64,000 bases of DNA from Octopus sinensis (GCF_006345805.1 NC_042997.1:99386001-99450000), one strand, 5' to 3'; shown: positions 11,555 through 25,995, numbered from the stretch's first letter. The notes: generated by a model not told the origin, from the letters alone. Program-made: numbers and translations.

Positions 11555-11587
11555 CAAGCTACTTACCACACAGCCACTTCTACGCCT
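11555..11587 (-). mobile_element. SINE family A 5' head fragment
   Basis: Minus strand GGCGTAGAAGTGGCTGTGTGGTAAGTAGCTTG continues into the body at 9335. Confidence 0.8.
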
Positions 11588-12097
11588 ATATGTGTAATGC
11601 TAACGACAGGAAGTGTACTTGATCGTGGCTGTGCTAGGAGGTAAACAACAGCAATAGCAACCGCATTATTATAAAATTGATCTGCAGAGTTAAATGTTAA
11701 CTTCTGTAGATATAGCTGACTTGCCTTCCTACACACGCTATATGAAGGTGAAGTATTAAATTGAATCCCAAGAACTCAATAGGTTATGAGATTCATAATA
11801 GGTTATGTGATTCATCAGTTATAATAAAATTTAGTCATGCCGCTTCGTTGTAGGCTTTTCCTTTTATTTACTTATTTGATTTATATTATATCGTGTTTGG
11901 TGATCAATCGCGTCATTGGTTGCAGGATTCCAAACAGCCATTCGCTGGTTCACTGCATTTTTGAATATGAAAGTGACACAGATGGGCTTCTGCAGCTCGG
12001 GCGGAAGAAATGCCATACATGTTAGGTCTAATCGAAAGTATTATACTGGTTTATCTTTTCTCTCGACGTTTACGTTTTTGCCAGTGGAAGTCGTCAG

Positions 12098-12098
12098 T

Positions 12099-12151
<53 letters not shown>

Positions 12152-12290
12152 CAGATAGACAAACAGACAGACAGACAGACTGACGTACGGACGGACGGAC
12201 GTACAGTCAGAGACAGGCAAACAGATAGGCATGCAGGCAGGCGGGCAGACAAGCAGGTTGATAGATTGATAGATAGATAAATAGACTGGG
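12098..12290. repeat. (GATA)n/(GACA)n compound repeat
   Basis: Direct reading. Confidence 0.85.
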
Positions 12291-12619
12291 AGAAACACAA
12301 GTAATATGTATTTGCCGGTAGGCTGCGAAATGGCGTGGTGGAGAATGCTATCTCAAAGTGCCGGGTGTTAAAACACCCGAAAGTTATAGACAGCGAGATA
12401 ACTCACCTCTTATTGCATCTAGGGGTAATGGACATCGATGTTTCGCCATTGTTCGCATCTATGTTTCGCCACCACGTACCCGAACAGGATCGGAGACGAA
12501 TCATTTTGCCAGTCCACGACTTATATGCATAGAGCGTGTAAACTATGTGCGAATATATCCGGGTAATTCTGTTTCAAATATGAGACAGAAGCAGCACTAG
12601 TGTAATAAATATATTTGAG

Positions 12620-13400
12620 TCCGATATTGCTGCTTCCAAACTTACTAAAATGGAATTGTTGACAAGGATATTGTCGATGCAGGTACTACCGACCCGAGCG
12701 GAAAAACTGTGGCTTTTGCGATAAAATCTCTTCTTGAACGCCCTCAAAAACTCCACAAAGTACTCATCGTTGACTGTCTGGCCAGAATGAACCCAGTGGA
12801 TGTAGATGATGCCCTTGCCGGAAAATGGGAACATCATAAGCTGCCCAGTGCTTGACCTACTTGGGTCTGGAAGTGCCAGGCTGCTTCTATTGGACACTCT
12901 GTCACTTAGTCTCTGGATCATAATAACAGATCCAGTTTTTGTCACAGGTAACCAGAGACACATGTACACTTGGTCCGGAGGAGGTAATGAGCTCAATCAT
13001 ATCCCTGCGGTCGCCATCGCATCTTTCCATATGTTGGTCACTGAGCACTCTAAGAACAAAATTTGCAATTTATAGACACACGACGGTCCTCGTCGAGAAA
13101 ATTGCGAATTTTCTCTACAATACAAGCTCTGATGTTCAGATGTCCCTCTCCCCTCCACACCTCTCGTCGTCTCTCACCTCCTCTTTACCGTCGTTGAACC
13201 TCTCCAGCCAGCAACAGAGTTAATCCATAAGCAGTCTGGTGTATTTCACAAGTTTCTGTAGCATTTTTTTGCCCAGTTTAACACAAAACTTTATTGCATA
13301 TCAAGCTTCCAAATTGCTTTCACGGCCCGACTGCATTCCACAAACTAATCAGCCGTGACATGCAGAGTTTAATAGGAAGTGTTCGAAGTCCTGTTAAAGA
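12620..13400 (-). mobile_element. Decayed, 3'-truncated mariner transposase
   Basis: YAIKFCVKLGK near the 5' end; frameshifted VT.DE.WI.YYDPETK; GIIYIHWVHSGQTVNDEYFVEFLRAFKKRF; DN..VNNSILV. Confidence 0.75.
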
Positions 13401-15489
13401 AAATGTCGGCAGGTCCGGTGTTAGGTGTATAGTAATGGTATACTAAAATTGCAATAATCTAGGAGAGGTATAACTGCCTCTCCTAAAACCAAGTTTGAAA
13501 ACTTCTGGAATGCACTTCGTAATCTGTATTTATACACGTTCAAGTCGCATTTTTTCAACTTCAACGACACAATAACAGGGTCTGACTTATATACGAATTT
13601 AAGAAATTTTGTGTATGAAATTTCATCCTTATCTCTATCAATCGCTATTGTTAATGCATAATAGTTCGTATGTACGCAGCCATTTTGAATAAATTGCCGT
13701 ACTTCTTTTTGTTAAATTTATAAATTATTCTAGGTCTAGTATTTTGAGATTGTGAACTGTAATCATTTTAAAGAAGAGTTCAGAGGCCAGATTGATTCAA
13801 TGAAGTGTAATTGATGACTTAAGCAAAGATAATTGATAGGAACTATAGTAAGTGACGGGAATTTAAAAAGAATGTCTGCTCTTTAAACATACAAGAGAGG
13901 TCAAAGATTAGAATGATACAATGATGGGTGGAGATTAGATGGTGATGATTTGAACAATTGTTTGTGATAAATGGTGGTGAGAGAGTTTTACAGCAAAATT
14001 TGAAGCAAACAGATGTAGAGAATGGAGAAAACACGGAGGAAGTGAAGGTCAAGAAAGAAACGATAGATGTTTTGTTAGGACTTGTTTGTCAGGCTATCAT
14101 CTTATTAAAGGAATAAGTATAAAAATGTTAAAATTCTGCGCCCAATCAAATACTATTGCAATGGTTTTTGCTGATGTAAAGGATAAACATTCATCAGATA
14201 TTACTACTTCCAAACTTAATGCCGTGGAATTTTACGAGGGGATTTTCTGTATCAGAGAAAGCTGTAAGAGACTGAAAAATGCAAAAGGAATCTTTATTAT
14301 TTGTGCGAAAGACAAAAGAGATACGTACAGAAAAACAGTCTCTATATACCCAGAGATGAGGAAAGAACTGTTTAGATCAGAATAGTAGTGTTTACATTGT
14401 AACTTTGCTACAGATAAGATCGAAGGCTACCAGTATATCGCCTAATCTCTCATTTAAACTTCCATTGGATCGCTTGATATTGAGAAATAGGCTTAGGTTA
14501 CCAGTGAAAGCCAAAATGTATAGGAAACTACCACGTGAAAGAGAATATAATTTCGCTTCTTACTTCTATTTTGAAATAAAGAATGTAGCTTAATTTCCAG
14601 CTTAGATTGATTGATAATATGAATAAAACTACTATTTTTTATCATCCTGGAAATCATACACTTACCGTTAAACAAAGGACGACTGTTTATGCGAAGACAC
14701 AGAACTTGAAAATGTATATTTTCCCGTGGTATTTGTGCGAATGGCACAAATACCCTGAACCTATAAAGAATACCGATTTCATGGAAGACGTGCGCCAATG
14801 TACAGCACAAACATGTGACCACTGTAAATAAATCATAAATTATAATTATTTATAATATGTAATATATATAATATATATAATAAATCATAAATCATAATTA
14901 TTCAGCAAGAAATTGCGGAATCGTCTTCCGAAGACTTGAAATGGTGCCATATGTATAACGATAATTTATTTCGTTAACAGATGTGCCCTATTAAAGCAAC
15001 TCAGTTTATGGTCAAACGTTACTAATAACAGAAGGCCTGTAATATAATTTGAAAAGCTCTCTGGGCATCGTAGTTTCATCTTCCAAGAGGATTTTTGTTA
15101 TAAGAGTTTTGTACCAATATTTTCATGCAAGATATGAAATTCGAATTATACACAAAAGAAAATACTGTAATTTGGCACTCAGTGGCATCGAACATTGAAC
15201 CAAGTGGTTGGGACACAAACTTCTTAACCACAGAGAACACATGCCTGGAAAACATAGTAAAATAAAGAATCCAGTTTTCCCATCAAATGCCATCAATATT
15301 TATGAGTATAAATTGGCTGTGTGTAGGAATTTTCATTCCTAAGACTCTCAGGAAAGAGAAAAAGAGCAGAAGGGGAGGGGAAAGAAAGAAATGACATACT
15401 TGAAACAAAGCTATTTGTTTAGCGATTTTCTGTCTTTTCATATCTCACATCATACATACAAATATACATACATGTAGATCCACAAACAG

Positions 15490-15577
15490 ACATATACACA
15501 CATACACAGACACACACACACATACACACACAAACACACACACACATACATATATGTACATATACAGATATATGTGT

Positions 15578-15660
<83 letters not shown>

Positions 15661-15677
15661 TGTATACATGCATACAT

Positions 15678-15728
<51 letters not shown>

Positions 15729-15730
15729 GG
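15490..15730. repeat. Compound (CA)n/(GATA)n/(GAAA)n
   Basis: Direct reading. Confidence 0.9.
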
Positions 15731-16398
15731 GAGATTTAGGTATTGATACATAACATGATTATGAAACATGAATACTGCAAATGATCGCCTACCCATTCTA
15801 AAAAGTAAGCTACCAATGAATACAGAGTTTATATAATACGTTGAAGTTTATCTGTAGTCGTTTATGTCAAATGCCAATATCAATGTATGTGACAAGTGAA
15901 TATCCACGTTAAAATCTATGTGACCTTTGTAGTTAAAGTTTATCCATACTCACCTATGTCAAACACTGCTATTTTCGTATTGTGCCACAAGCCAAGAAAT
16001 ATTTCTATTCAATGTTTTAGTAAGTTCTCTAACTGCTTTAAAGACAGTTTTCTTTGAAATGTTTGCTGATGAAGTTCAAAAAATCAATTTTTGTCATGAA
16101 ATGCTGGTATTTACACTGAAATAACTGTAGAACATTCATGAAATGAGTTTAGCAGAGTTTTATTGACCTTTTCAAAAACATGAAACAGCAGCTATTTTCA
16201 AGTAACTATAAGAGGTTACTATCTTTTATTTTTATTTTTTTTTGCCATAGGCATTGTGAATATTCCGTCTTATGTTGACTCTGTGTTTATAAACATTCTT
16301 GTTAACAAAGCATTTCTGCTTACAAGAAGTCTATGTTGGCTTAAATTGTACAACACTGGAGTAAACTCCGTAAGAGTGAATAAAGCAAGACTCTAAAG

Positions 16399-16599
16399 CA
16401 GCGGTTCTCAATCGCGGCTCTCAGGGCCGCATTCGGCCCCAAAGCATCCTTTCAGCGGCCCTCGACAACGATCTTCCATCAATAAATATAATAATTCTTT
16501 ACTTTAACCAACTTGTGTTTAGCCTTCATTTTGGTGCGCCCTCCTAAGAAATCTAGATTTTCAATCTTACCCGGATATTAAAAAGGTTGAGAACCATTG
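16399..16599. mobile_element. hAT (Charlie-like) MITE, 201 bp
   Basis: TIRs CAGCGGTTCTCAA / TTGAGAACCATTG. Perfect 8-bp TSD CTCTAAAG at 16391-16398 and 16600-16607. Confidence 0.85.
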
Positions 16600-19282
16600 C
16601 TCTAAAGGGTCATCGATCTGCCAGAATAAACAGCTAAATTTCCCTTAAATCATGCCCTCCTGTCTTGAAAGAAAATGAAAATGACGCATTTAATACTGTT
16701 CTGAATAAATAAAATTATGAGACTGTCACTGCTGAAAAAGCTTTTGATCATTGGTTTCCTTCATCAGAGCTGGTATGGAGAGGGGTTAAACAACAACAAC
16801 AGCAATATTTAGGCATCATTCATTACCTAATGTTATCTCCAAACGTTCTATGTTCGGGTCACAAGTGAATCTATATTGTCTTTCATTGCTGGAAAACCAG
16901 TAGAATAGGTACCGGTTATCTAGACACATAAATTCAATTATCTACAATTTTTCAAACAAAATTTCCCCTGTTTAATAAAAATAAAATAAATATATTTAAT
17001 ATAAAATAATTATTATTATACTCTAGGTCATAATTACTATATAATTAAGAAATAGTTCCTCGATTGTTAAGTGGTTTGTGTGATCAATTCATATCACAAG
17101 CCATGGCTTCATGTGTGTAGGACGAGAAGTATTCTACCTGAATAGGAGTTAAATTCAATGTGCATAGAAATAGGAAAGTGACTTGTAATGAGTTTTTCAG
17201 AATCACTAGAACTTCAAATTCAGATAACAACCAATTAATACAACACCCATTCATACTGGAAAATTAATGAAAAATAAAAAAGTTGGAACGGAATCTTCAT
17301 TGTAGACTGGTTTCAAATGGATTCAGGAAATATCGGTTAGTCGGAAACTGTTTCCGTTACAATCAAATGCTTCTTGCTAGTAAATGGAGAAATATGAAAT
17401 TTTCAAATGAAAATAGTTGAATGTCATAATTTGAATGCATTTGTCTTAAGTGAAAGAAACTTCGGGGGACTGACATGTAAAAGAGTTGAAAATGTATTGT
17501 GAGGTTCGAAAAAATTCGGTGTTTACAGACTGGCAGAAATTCAAATTTTTGGCTGGGGTTCAGTTTGTTTTGTTTTTTTTCCATAGAAATGAAAAATAAA
17601 TTAAATATGTATATAGACGATTATCATTATAAACTTAACATTTTTACTAATTTTGTGGTCTGGGTCCTGAAAATGAAAAAGATTAAAAGTAATTCATGGA
17701 GTATCCGTTCATAATCGACTCCAGCAGTTGGTTATTTTTAGTGTAAGAGCAATAGACAGTCTTAAAACCTTTTATCATTCAGATTAATCTATCAAACGTA
17801 ATGCCTATTTATTCACATTGTCTTGAACTGATCATGCAGTAGCTTATATCTTAGAGATTTTAATGATGTGATTGTTTATTTTTAGAATAACATTATAGGG
17901 AGTATATGAAAGACCAGATCTGGTTGGTTTAAAGACAAAACAGGTAGAATATTTTGACCAGATATGGTCGGTTTAAATTCTAAAAGGTTTCAGATTAGTA
18001 TACATTTCTGTATATTCGTGGTTGTGATTATACAGAAAGCTGTTGTTTTTAACACGCATTAACGATGGTTGGTCAGAGATAGATGAGAGATTAGAGAAAT
18101 GCAAAATGCCACCAAGTAAGTTTGGTATAAAATATTTAATGATTAAGAATTCTCATCTAACATTTGATAAACTTTCTAATTTAGAAAGTTTATCAAAATT
18201 GTTTTGAACTCGATAATTAAATAAGATTTTCCCTAACGATTGATGAAAGATAGATGAAAAGAATTTACGTTGTGCTCGTTAAGTCCAATATTAGCCATGA
18301 TCGAGCAAACCAAATTCTTTTTTTTTATCTCTTTTCATTTTAGTATGTGAATTGAGAATATTTACCTCACCACTATGTAGACACTTCCTCGCTTATTCGC
18401 TCGATGAGATGAATGTGCCAAAGCAGGTGAAATTAGTAATCAAAACTAGACGTGTGTAGTTATTCTTCTTTTCATCTTCACTGATAAGAACTAGATGTAC
18501 AGAACATTAATTAACGCCTAGGGCAATTTTAATCAGATATGAATATCTACTTTTGCTATTCTCCAGTGTACTAAAATGCACAAATATTTACATAGCATTA
18601 TTGTGACTAACTTGTTATAATACCGAGCTTTCATATGTATTATATGATACAGCTAGAATTAGATAGAGAGATAGACACACACACAGAGAAACAGAGAGAA
18701 ACAAAGAGGGTAGAGAGAGAGAAAGAGATAGTGAGATTAAGGAAAAACAGACAAGGAAAGCTTGAGCGCTAGAAAGATGTAAAGATTGATAAGCATATGT
18801 AAATATATATGTGTGTGTGAGTATGTTTGTATATATGTTTATATATACACGTGTACTTATATGGATTTATATGTATACGTGCGTGCGCGTTTGTGTGTAT
18901 GTGTGTGTGTACGTGTGTGTATGCGTGTACAAATACCGATATGTTGAATACATTATAACAAAAATTCTTGATTTATTAAAACTATCTCCGCTCCTAGATA
19001 ACGTATCATAATTAACAGTATGGTAATTGCGACCATTCTGTTCGAAAAGGGAAATAATCTCAACATTCAAAATTTCTCCAAAATTTACATTGTCATTAAG
19101 GAAAGAAACATACTTATTAACGTGTAATAAGAAGACAGACGTGGACAAGTGTTTCGTCCTCAATAACCATCATCAGTGCCACAATCGTCCGAACTTTATA
19201 TCCAGTAGCCACATGACTTAGACTTACACAAATCAAAGTAGATAACAGTAGTAGTTTAAGTTATTTACCATAACCTTTTATT

Positions 19283-19518
19283 TTTTCATTTGTTTCAGTC
19301 ACTGGACTGCGGCCATTCTGGGGGACCACCTTGAAATATTAGTGGAATGAATCGACGCCGGGACTTCTTTTTTTTTAGCCTAGTACTTATTCTACTGGTT
19401 TCTTTTGCTGAACTGCTAAGTTACTGGGACAAAAACACAGACACAAAGACACACAGACACACACAGACCATACATACATACATACATACATACATACATA
19501 CATACATACATAAATACA

Positions 19519-19575
<57 letters not shown>

Positions 19576-19645
19576 GAAGGGCTTCTTTCAGTTTGTGTCT
19601 ACCAAATCCACTCACAAGCCTTAGGTCAGCCCATGGTTATAGTAA
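19283..19645 (-). mobile_element. SINE family A, 5'-truncated, internal (TACA)n/(TA)n
   Basis: TTGTTTCAGTCAC tail and TTTCAGTTTGTGTCTACCAAATCCACTCACAAG body. Confidence 0.8.
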
Positions 19646-22419
19646 AATCCACACCTTTTAAGCTAAAATGAGATAAGAAGAATACTTGAAGAGGCCAGGG
19701 GTACGCGATAGTGTATGTATGGTAAAAGACTGTAACCAGAAATGAAAGTATATCCAAATGCTTCATTTGAATTCAATTTTCATTGTTGAAATCTATCTTT
19801 GCTCCTTAAAAGATATCCTTCCGTCATTTGTTAATTCTATGACAAGTTTCAGAAAAGCGACGTGTAAAGTAATAAAAAAGAGAAATAATTTTGTTTGTCT
19901 CGCTGAGTGAAATATAAATTGTATTTTATTGCGTGAATAATGAATAATTGATAATCAAACTAATTGGTTAATTTGATGATTCACTTGATGAGAAAATATT
20001 TTCTGGGTTAAGCTATGTTGTGGTGCAGTGATCAAATTAAGGTATTTTTTAACATAATCATTGAGTAAAATTACTGTTCGTTTCTAGAGGGAAATCTTTC
20101 CAAATTGACCGCTAATGAAATTTACTAATCTTTTTTCGGACCAACGAAAGAGCTTCTACTGAGTTCCACGATCAACTAGAAAGAAAAGCCTCTTTCTATA
20201 TATATAAATTGATTAAATAGTCTTAGCTAACTCCTGAAAATGCAAAATTGTCACACCTGGCATATTTTAATCATGGGTCTGCTGAATACGGTTTGAACTT
20301 AACTAAGCAACAATGCCAATTAATATTTTAAATTCTGAATTGGAATGTTCCTATAAGAAACTTACATGTTTCTACGACTCATTATATCAGCCTTAACATA
20401 TTTCGAGGTTCAGTTATGTATCTCATATCTTATGCGCTTCCTCGTGTACAATAACGATTTGCGTGTTATATCATTAAATCATACGTCCATTCAAAAAGTT
20501 TCATTCTTCACTGATTCTGACTATTTAGCACGCAATATCATATACGCTCAAAACAGACACCTTTCCCCAAACATACATGACGTCTGTGCATAACGCCCTA
20601 AAACATATCCAACAATTTTAACATGATCTCGTTCAACTGCACCAAGATGTCATCACCAAGTATCAAGAAATACACAATTATACACACTTCTTCATCATGA
20701 ACAACACTGCTAAAATCGCCTTGTTCTTTACAAATATGAATTTCACTCTCTGGTTGCTTTCCATTGCAACCCCACCCATAATGTAAATTTACATTATAAA
20801 ACACGGTTTTCATGTAAGAACTAGAAAATAATTGATCACTGAACAGTTTCTAAAGCTTAATAACGTACAAGCTCACTCCCAGAATTTCTAGAAATATGCT
20901 TCAATTGTATACATAAGTATTCGTGACTACAGCTAGAAACAGGTTGATAGACATTTCTTACAAAAATACACTGTAATTATTAATCAAACTATTCGCCGTG
21001 TGTTTCTTTAATTTCCGGTATTGCACACTCGACAGCTCTTGCTCTTATGGACAAGCAAATATTTTCCAGTGTCTCTGCCAATTTTACTAGATGCAATTTC
21101 ATTCAAGCATTTATTCTAGATAATAGTTTAATAATTTTCTTCACTCATTCTACAATAAGACTGTATCTCACTTGAAACCTTCTTCATCTATTTCTCGGTA
21201 AGAACAATCCCGTAGAAAGGCAGATTGAACACCAACCACATATCAGCCTCCAGTGTTTTCTTTTTACCCAAACCTGTGAGTATTTTGCCGTTACTTCAAA
21301 CCGAGTGAAATACTGTAGTTAAATTTTAACCTGCGAATAAAAGAATCGATTAGATATACAACCAGGTGGGTAGATTGGTTGGTTATAATGATATTCCGTG
21401 TTAACATGAAACTAAAAGCTTCTACAGGTGTTTTTTGGCTATATAAAGTAGCTACAATATTTATAGTGAGCTAATGTATAGCCTGGAGATGATTCTTTAT
21501 GTAAACGAAGATGCGTTTTGTGATGTTATTTATTCAGTGATGGTAATATAATAGTTATAAAAATCAATTGTGAAGGCTTCGAGATATAACATGATATTAT
21601 TAATAGCAGTAGTTTCAAGTAAAGCATAATTCAGTATTGTATTTATCTTACACAAACTATTAATAAATAAAAACTATTTTGTTTTCATTTGTTATTCTCC
21701 ACATTAATATTTTTCCGCAATTTTATTCTTATATTTTGCTTTTTATTTAAATATTCGAGAAACACATCTTATGCGTTAATAAGATTAAATTTATACATAA
21801 TATATTTCAGTTTTCACTCCATTTCAGTTTTCATTCCATTTTTTTTTTATTTTGTTTGTTTGGTTTTTTGTTTTTTTGTTTTTTTTTGTTTTTTTTTTTT
21901 TTGCTTGCATTAACCAGCTCTAACGTAGGTTTGTGTCTTCGCAGATGAAGGCTTCATTGAGAAGATGAAAGTGAGAATGAACAAGAGCACTAACATTCTG
22001 AAAATAAAACCAAAATGTAATTAGCCTAGTTTTGAATTTATCTAAAGCAAATACATAAATCAAAAATGCATTTACATTCGACATTATACATGATTTGGGG
22101 TGGAGAGGACTACTTTTTAAACTCTTTAATTGAATAGTCCAAATTATATATTTTCAATTTATCTCACATCAATTTATCTTGTAACTGCCAAAATCCGTTT
22201 GTTTCCCATTACATGTAATCAAACTTCAGGAGTCGCCTGAAAGATAGCAGGGGGTGGAATTTGAGTGGCAACTAAATACTCGATTTAAATGTATGTCTGT
22301 CTGTGCCTGTGTCTGTATTTCTGTGTGTATGTACGTATATATGCATAAAATTATATTTTATACTGTATATTATATGCACACACATATCTATGCATATGTC
22401 TATAATACGCACACAAACA

Positions 22420-22832
<413 letters not shown>

Positions 22833-23603
22833 GCAGCTTGCAATGCAAAACACTTCATTTACGATACATAAACTAGAGGTGTAGTTATTTCAGTACCTTC
22901 CGGCAATATTGCTCCCTCTTCGAAAGTGGAAATGATTGGGTTATTTTTGCCAACAGTATAGCACGTTCATCCCTCTTCGTTATCCAGAGGACTACCAAAC
23001 TATACCGCTCAGTATTTTTGTTCATTGTTTTTATTTTTGTTTTGTTTCTTAACAGAGTTTTGGTTCCTCTTTCACATCCCTGTGTCATACTCATGAGAAG
23101 ATATACTCTCCTTCCTTCTCCAGTTGATAAATAACTGATCTGTTAGTCTTTCTAAATTTATTGTCAACCGAACCCGCCAGGACTAAGCAACAATATCTTG
23201 ATTATCGAGCCAATGAGGAAGACTCTTACGATGTCGTATGACATGCTAGAAATTGCAGCCAAATTTCACTTGAACCAAAATCCTACTTTCTTTACGAAAA
23301 TATTTTCTCGTTCCTGCTCCAGTTGATAATTCTCTGCTCTTTAAGTCTTCCTAAGTTTAATGTCAGCTAGGCTGGCCAGGATAAATAACAACAACGCTTT
23401 GGTTATCGAGCCAAAGAGAGACTCATACGATATCGTATGATATGATGAAAATAACAGCCAAGTCGCACTCAAATCAAAATATTACCCGCTTTATAAAGAA
23501 AGGACACATTGGATAATGTAAATGTAGAGACACTGTCTAGAACAAAAGACCGGGCTGTTCATGGTTGCAATCCGGTAACTAAAAACGATAAAGGAATAAT
23601 AGA

Positions 23604-23872
23604 TACAGGAGTAGTTGTGTGGTAAGAAAATTGCTTCCCAACCACATAATCCTGGGTACAGTTCCACCACGTGCTACTTCGGGCTAATATCTTCTATTAT
23701 AACCCTGGGCGGACCAAAGCCCTATGAGTGGATGTGGTGGACGGAAACTGAAAGACGGCCATCGGATGTCTGTGAGTGCCTGTTTTTGCGTTTGTCCGCT
23801 ACCACTGTGTGACAACCGTTGTTAGTTTTACCTCTCCGTAACTTAGCGGTTCAGCAAAAGTAATCGATAGTA
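23604..23872 (+). mobile_element. SINE family A, 5' part; interrupted by a mariner and resuming at ~25082-25180
   Basis: Head, body and GTAACTTAGCGGTTCAGCAAAAG lie before the TIR. The tail TGACTGAAACAAGTAAAAGA follows the right TIR. Confidence 0.8.
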
Positions 23873-25081
23873 TCAGGTTGTAACGAAAGTTCTTTCCCTT
23901 TTTTTTAAGGATAATTATAAAGCAGGATTACACCAATCTAGCTTCTAAATGATATTAGTGGCTATCTTAATCACTAAAATATTTCTTCTTTCAGTTGACC
24001 CTAATGTACACTCCAAGTAAAGAGCACACACTGCATGTGTTACCGTTTGAATTCCAGAAGCAGAATACAGCAAGTTCAGCAGTAAAATCATTCAAAAACA
24101 CTTATAGAAATGATGTGGTGAATAAAAGTACATGCAGAAGATGGTTTTCACATTTTAAAAGAGGTGACTTTAATTTAAGAGATAAAGCAAGAGAAGGACG
24201 CCCCAAAGGACTCAATTCTGTCGAATTACACGCTACTGTTGATGAAATGAGCAAGGGGTTTAATGTGAGCCATATGACCATCCATCATAAATAATAAGAT
24301 TTGGTAAAGTCTCCAAGGCTGGAAGATGGGTTCCACATGATCTGTCAGAAAACAATCGCAAACACCGTGTGGACTACTGTGTCTCATTGCATTCTCGTGA
24401 ACTTCAAATATCTTTTTTAGACAGAATCATTACTGGAGATGAGAAGTGGATTCGCTACAATAATGTTAAGCGCAAAAGAGAGTGGCTCAGCTGTAATTCA
24501 AGACCTATCGAACAGCTTCGAAGAGGTCTGCATCCAAAGAAGATTCTTTTGAGTGTATGGTAGGACATGGGGGGAATTGTTAATTATAAGCTGTTAGGTG
24601 ACAATCAAGCAATACAGCTGAAGTTCACTGCCAGCAGCTAAGACGTTTGAAAACAGTCCTACAGGAAAAACGGCCTTCGTTGGTAAACAGAAAAGGAGTG
24701 ATCTTACAGCATAATGCCAGACCTCTCACTGGTAGAGTGACTAAGAATCTTATACAAGAATTTGGCTTGGAAATTATTCTTCACCTACCATATTCTCCTG
24801 ACCTTACTCCAACAGATTATCATTTTTTTTAGAAATTTAGAGAATCCTTTTGCGGGACTTCGGTTTACGTCATAAGAAGAGGTTGAAATGAAGCTAGTTT
24901 CTTTTTCCTAGTCAAAACCAGATGAGTTTTATGAAAAGGGTATCAAGAAACTTAGGGAATGATGGAAAGATGTCATTGAAAAGAATGAGGACTATGTTGA
25001 TGATTAAATAAATCTATTTTAGGCTGCATTTCCATTTTTATTTCAATTAGAAAAACGGACAGAAATTTCGTTACAACCTGA
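23873..25081 (+). mobile_element. Full-length decayed mariner (DD34D type), 1209 bp
   Basis: TIRs TCAGGTTGTAACGAAA(G/T)TTCT(T/G)TCC. TA on the left and TG on the right. Motifs WVPHDL, IITGDEKWI, LHPKK and PYSPDLTPTDYHFF, with stops and frameshifts. Confidence 0.92.
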
Positions 25082-25730
25082 TGTAAATACAAGGCCTTAA
25101 AAAGTAAGTAGTAGGGTCGATAGTTTCAACTAAACACTTCAAGGTCGCAGTCCAGTGACTGAAACAAGTAAAAGATAAATCAGTCTTTCGCTACCTTTCC
25201 TCTTTAGCTTGGAATGAAAAGACTGTAAACAGATCCTGGGCAATTTCTAAATAACAATGAAATCGGTTCGATTGTTCCCCATTCCAAACTACCAACAAAT
25301 ATTATCAAGAATAATAATTTCAGAACGAGGCTATATTATAATATAAGATACATACATACGTACATACAGTTATGACAATGTATAGTTATTTATTCGCAAA
25401 CCTCGCTGTATCTGTACTCTAGAAATTATTATAAAGCTTGCATATTATGAAATATTGCTTTTGAAATGTACACATACAGTTTTATATCGAAACATTTGTA
25501 GAGTTAAAATGAAAAGTAGTAGCTATATAAAATATATAATTTCTGTGGAAATAGATATAAGTGAAGAGTGAAGAAAAAAATGTAAGTTACTGTAAAATAT
25601 ATTTCAGCAGCGAAAACAAGGCAGATAAACTCATACACGCGATGCTGAATTGTTAATGATTCTACAGTGTCATGAAACAATTTTTCATTTGAGAGTATTC
25701 ACACATATAAGAAAGGAAAAAAAAAATTTT

Positions 25731-25770
<40 letters not shown>

Positions 25771-25792
25771 TAATAATAATAATAATAATAAC

Positions 25793-25836
<44 letters not shown>

Positions 25837-25855
25837 CAACAACAATAACAACAAC

Positions 25856-25917
<62 letters not shown>

Positions 25918-25921
25918 TAAC

Positions 25922-25992
<71 letters not shown>
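25731..25992. repeat. (TAA)n of ~260 bp with CAA interruptions
   Basis: Direct reading. Confidence 0.95.

Positions 25993-25995
<3 letters not shown>

Noticed and set aside
13460-13485. 9-bp hairpin TAGGAGAGG/CCTCTCCTA
   Set aside because: Isolated, with no supporting element structure.
13850-14830. Purine-rich coding-like stretch with short ORFs
   Set aside because: Multiple stops and no recognisable motif; left unannotated.
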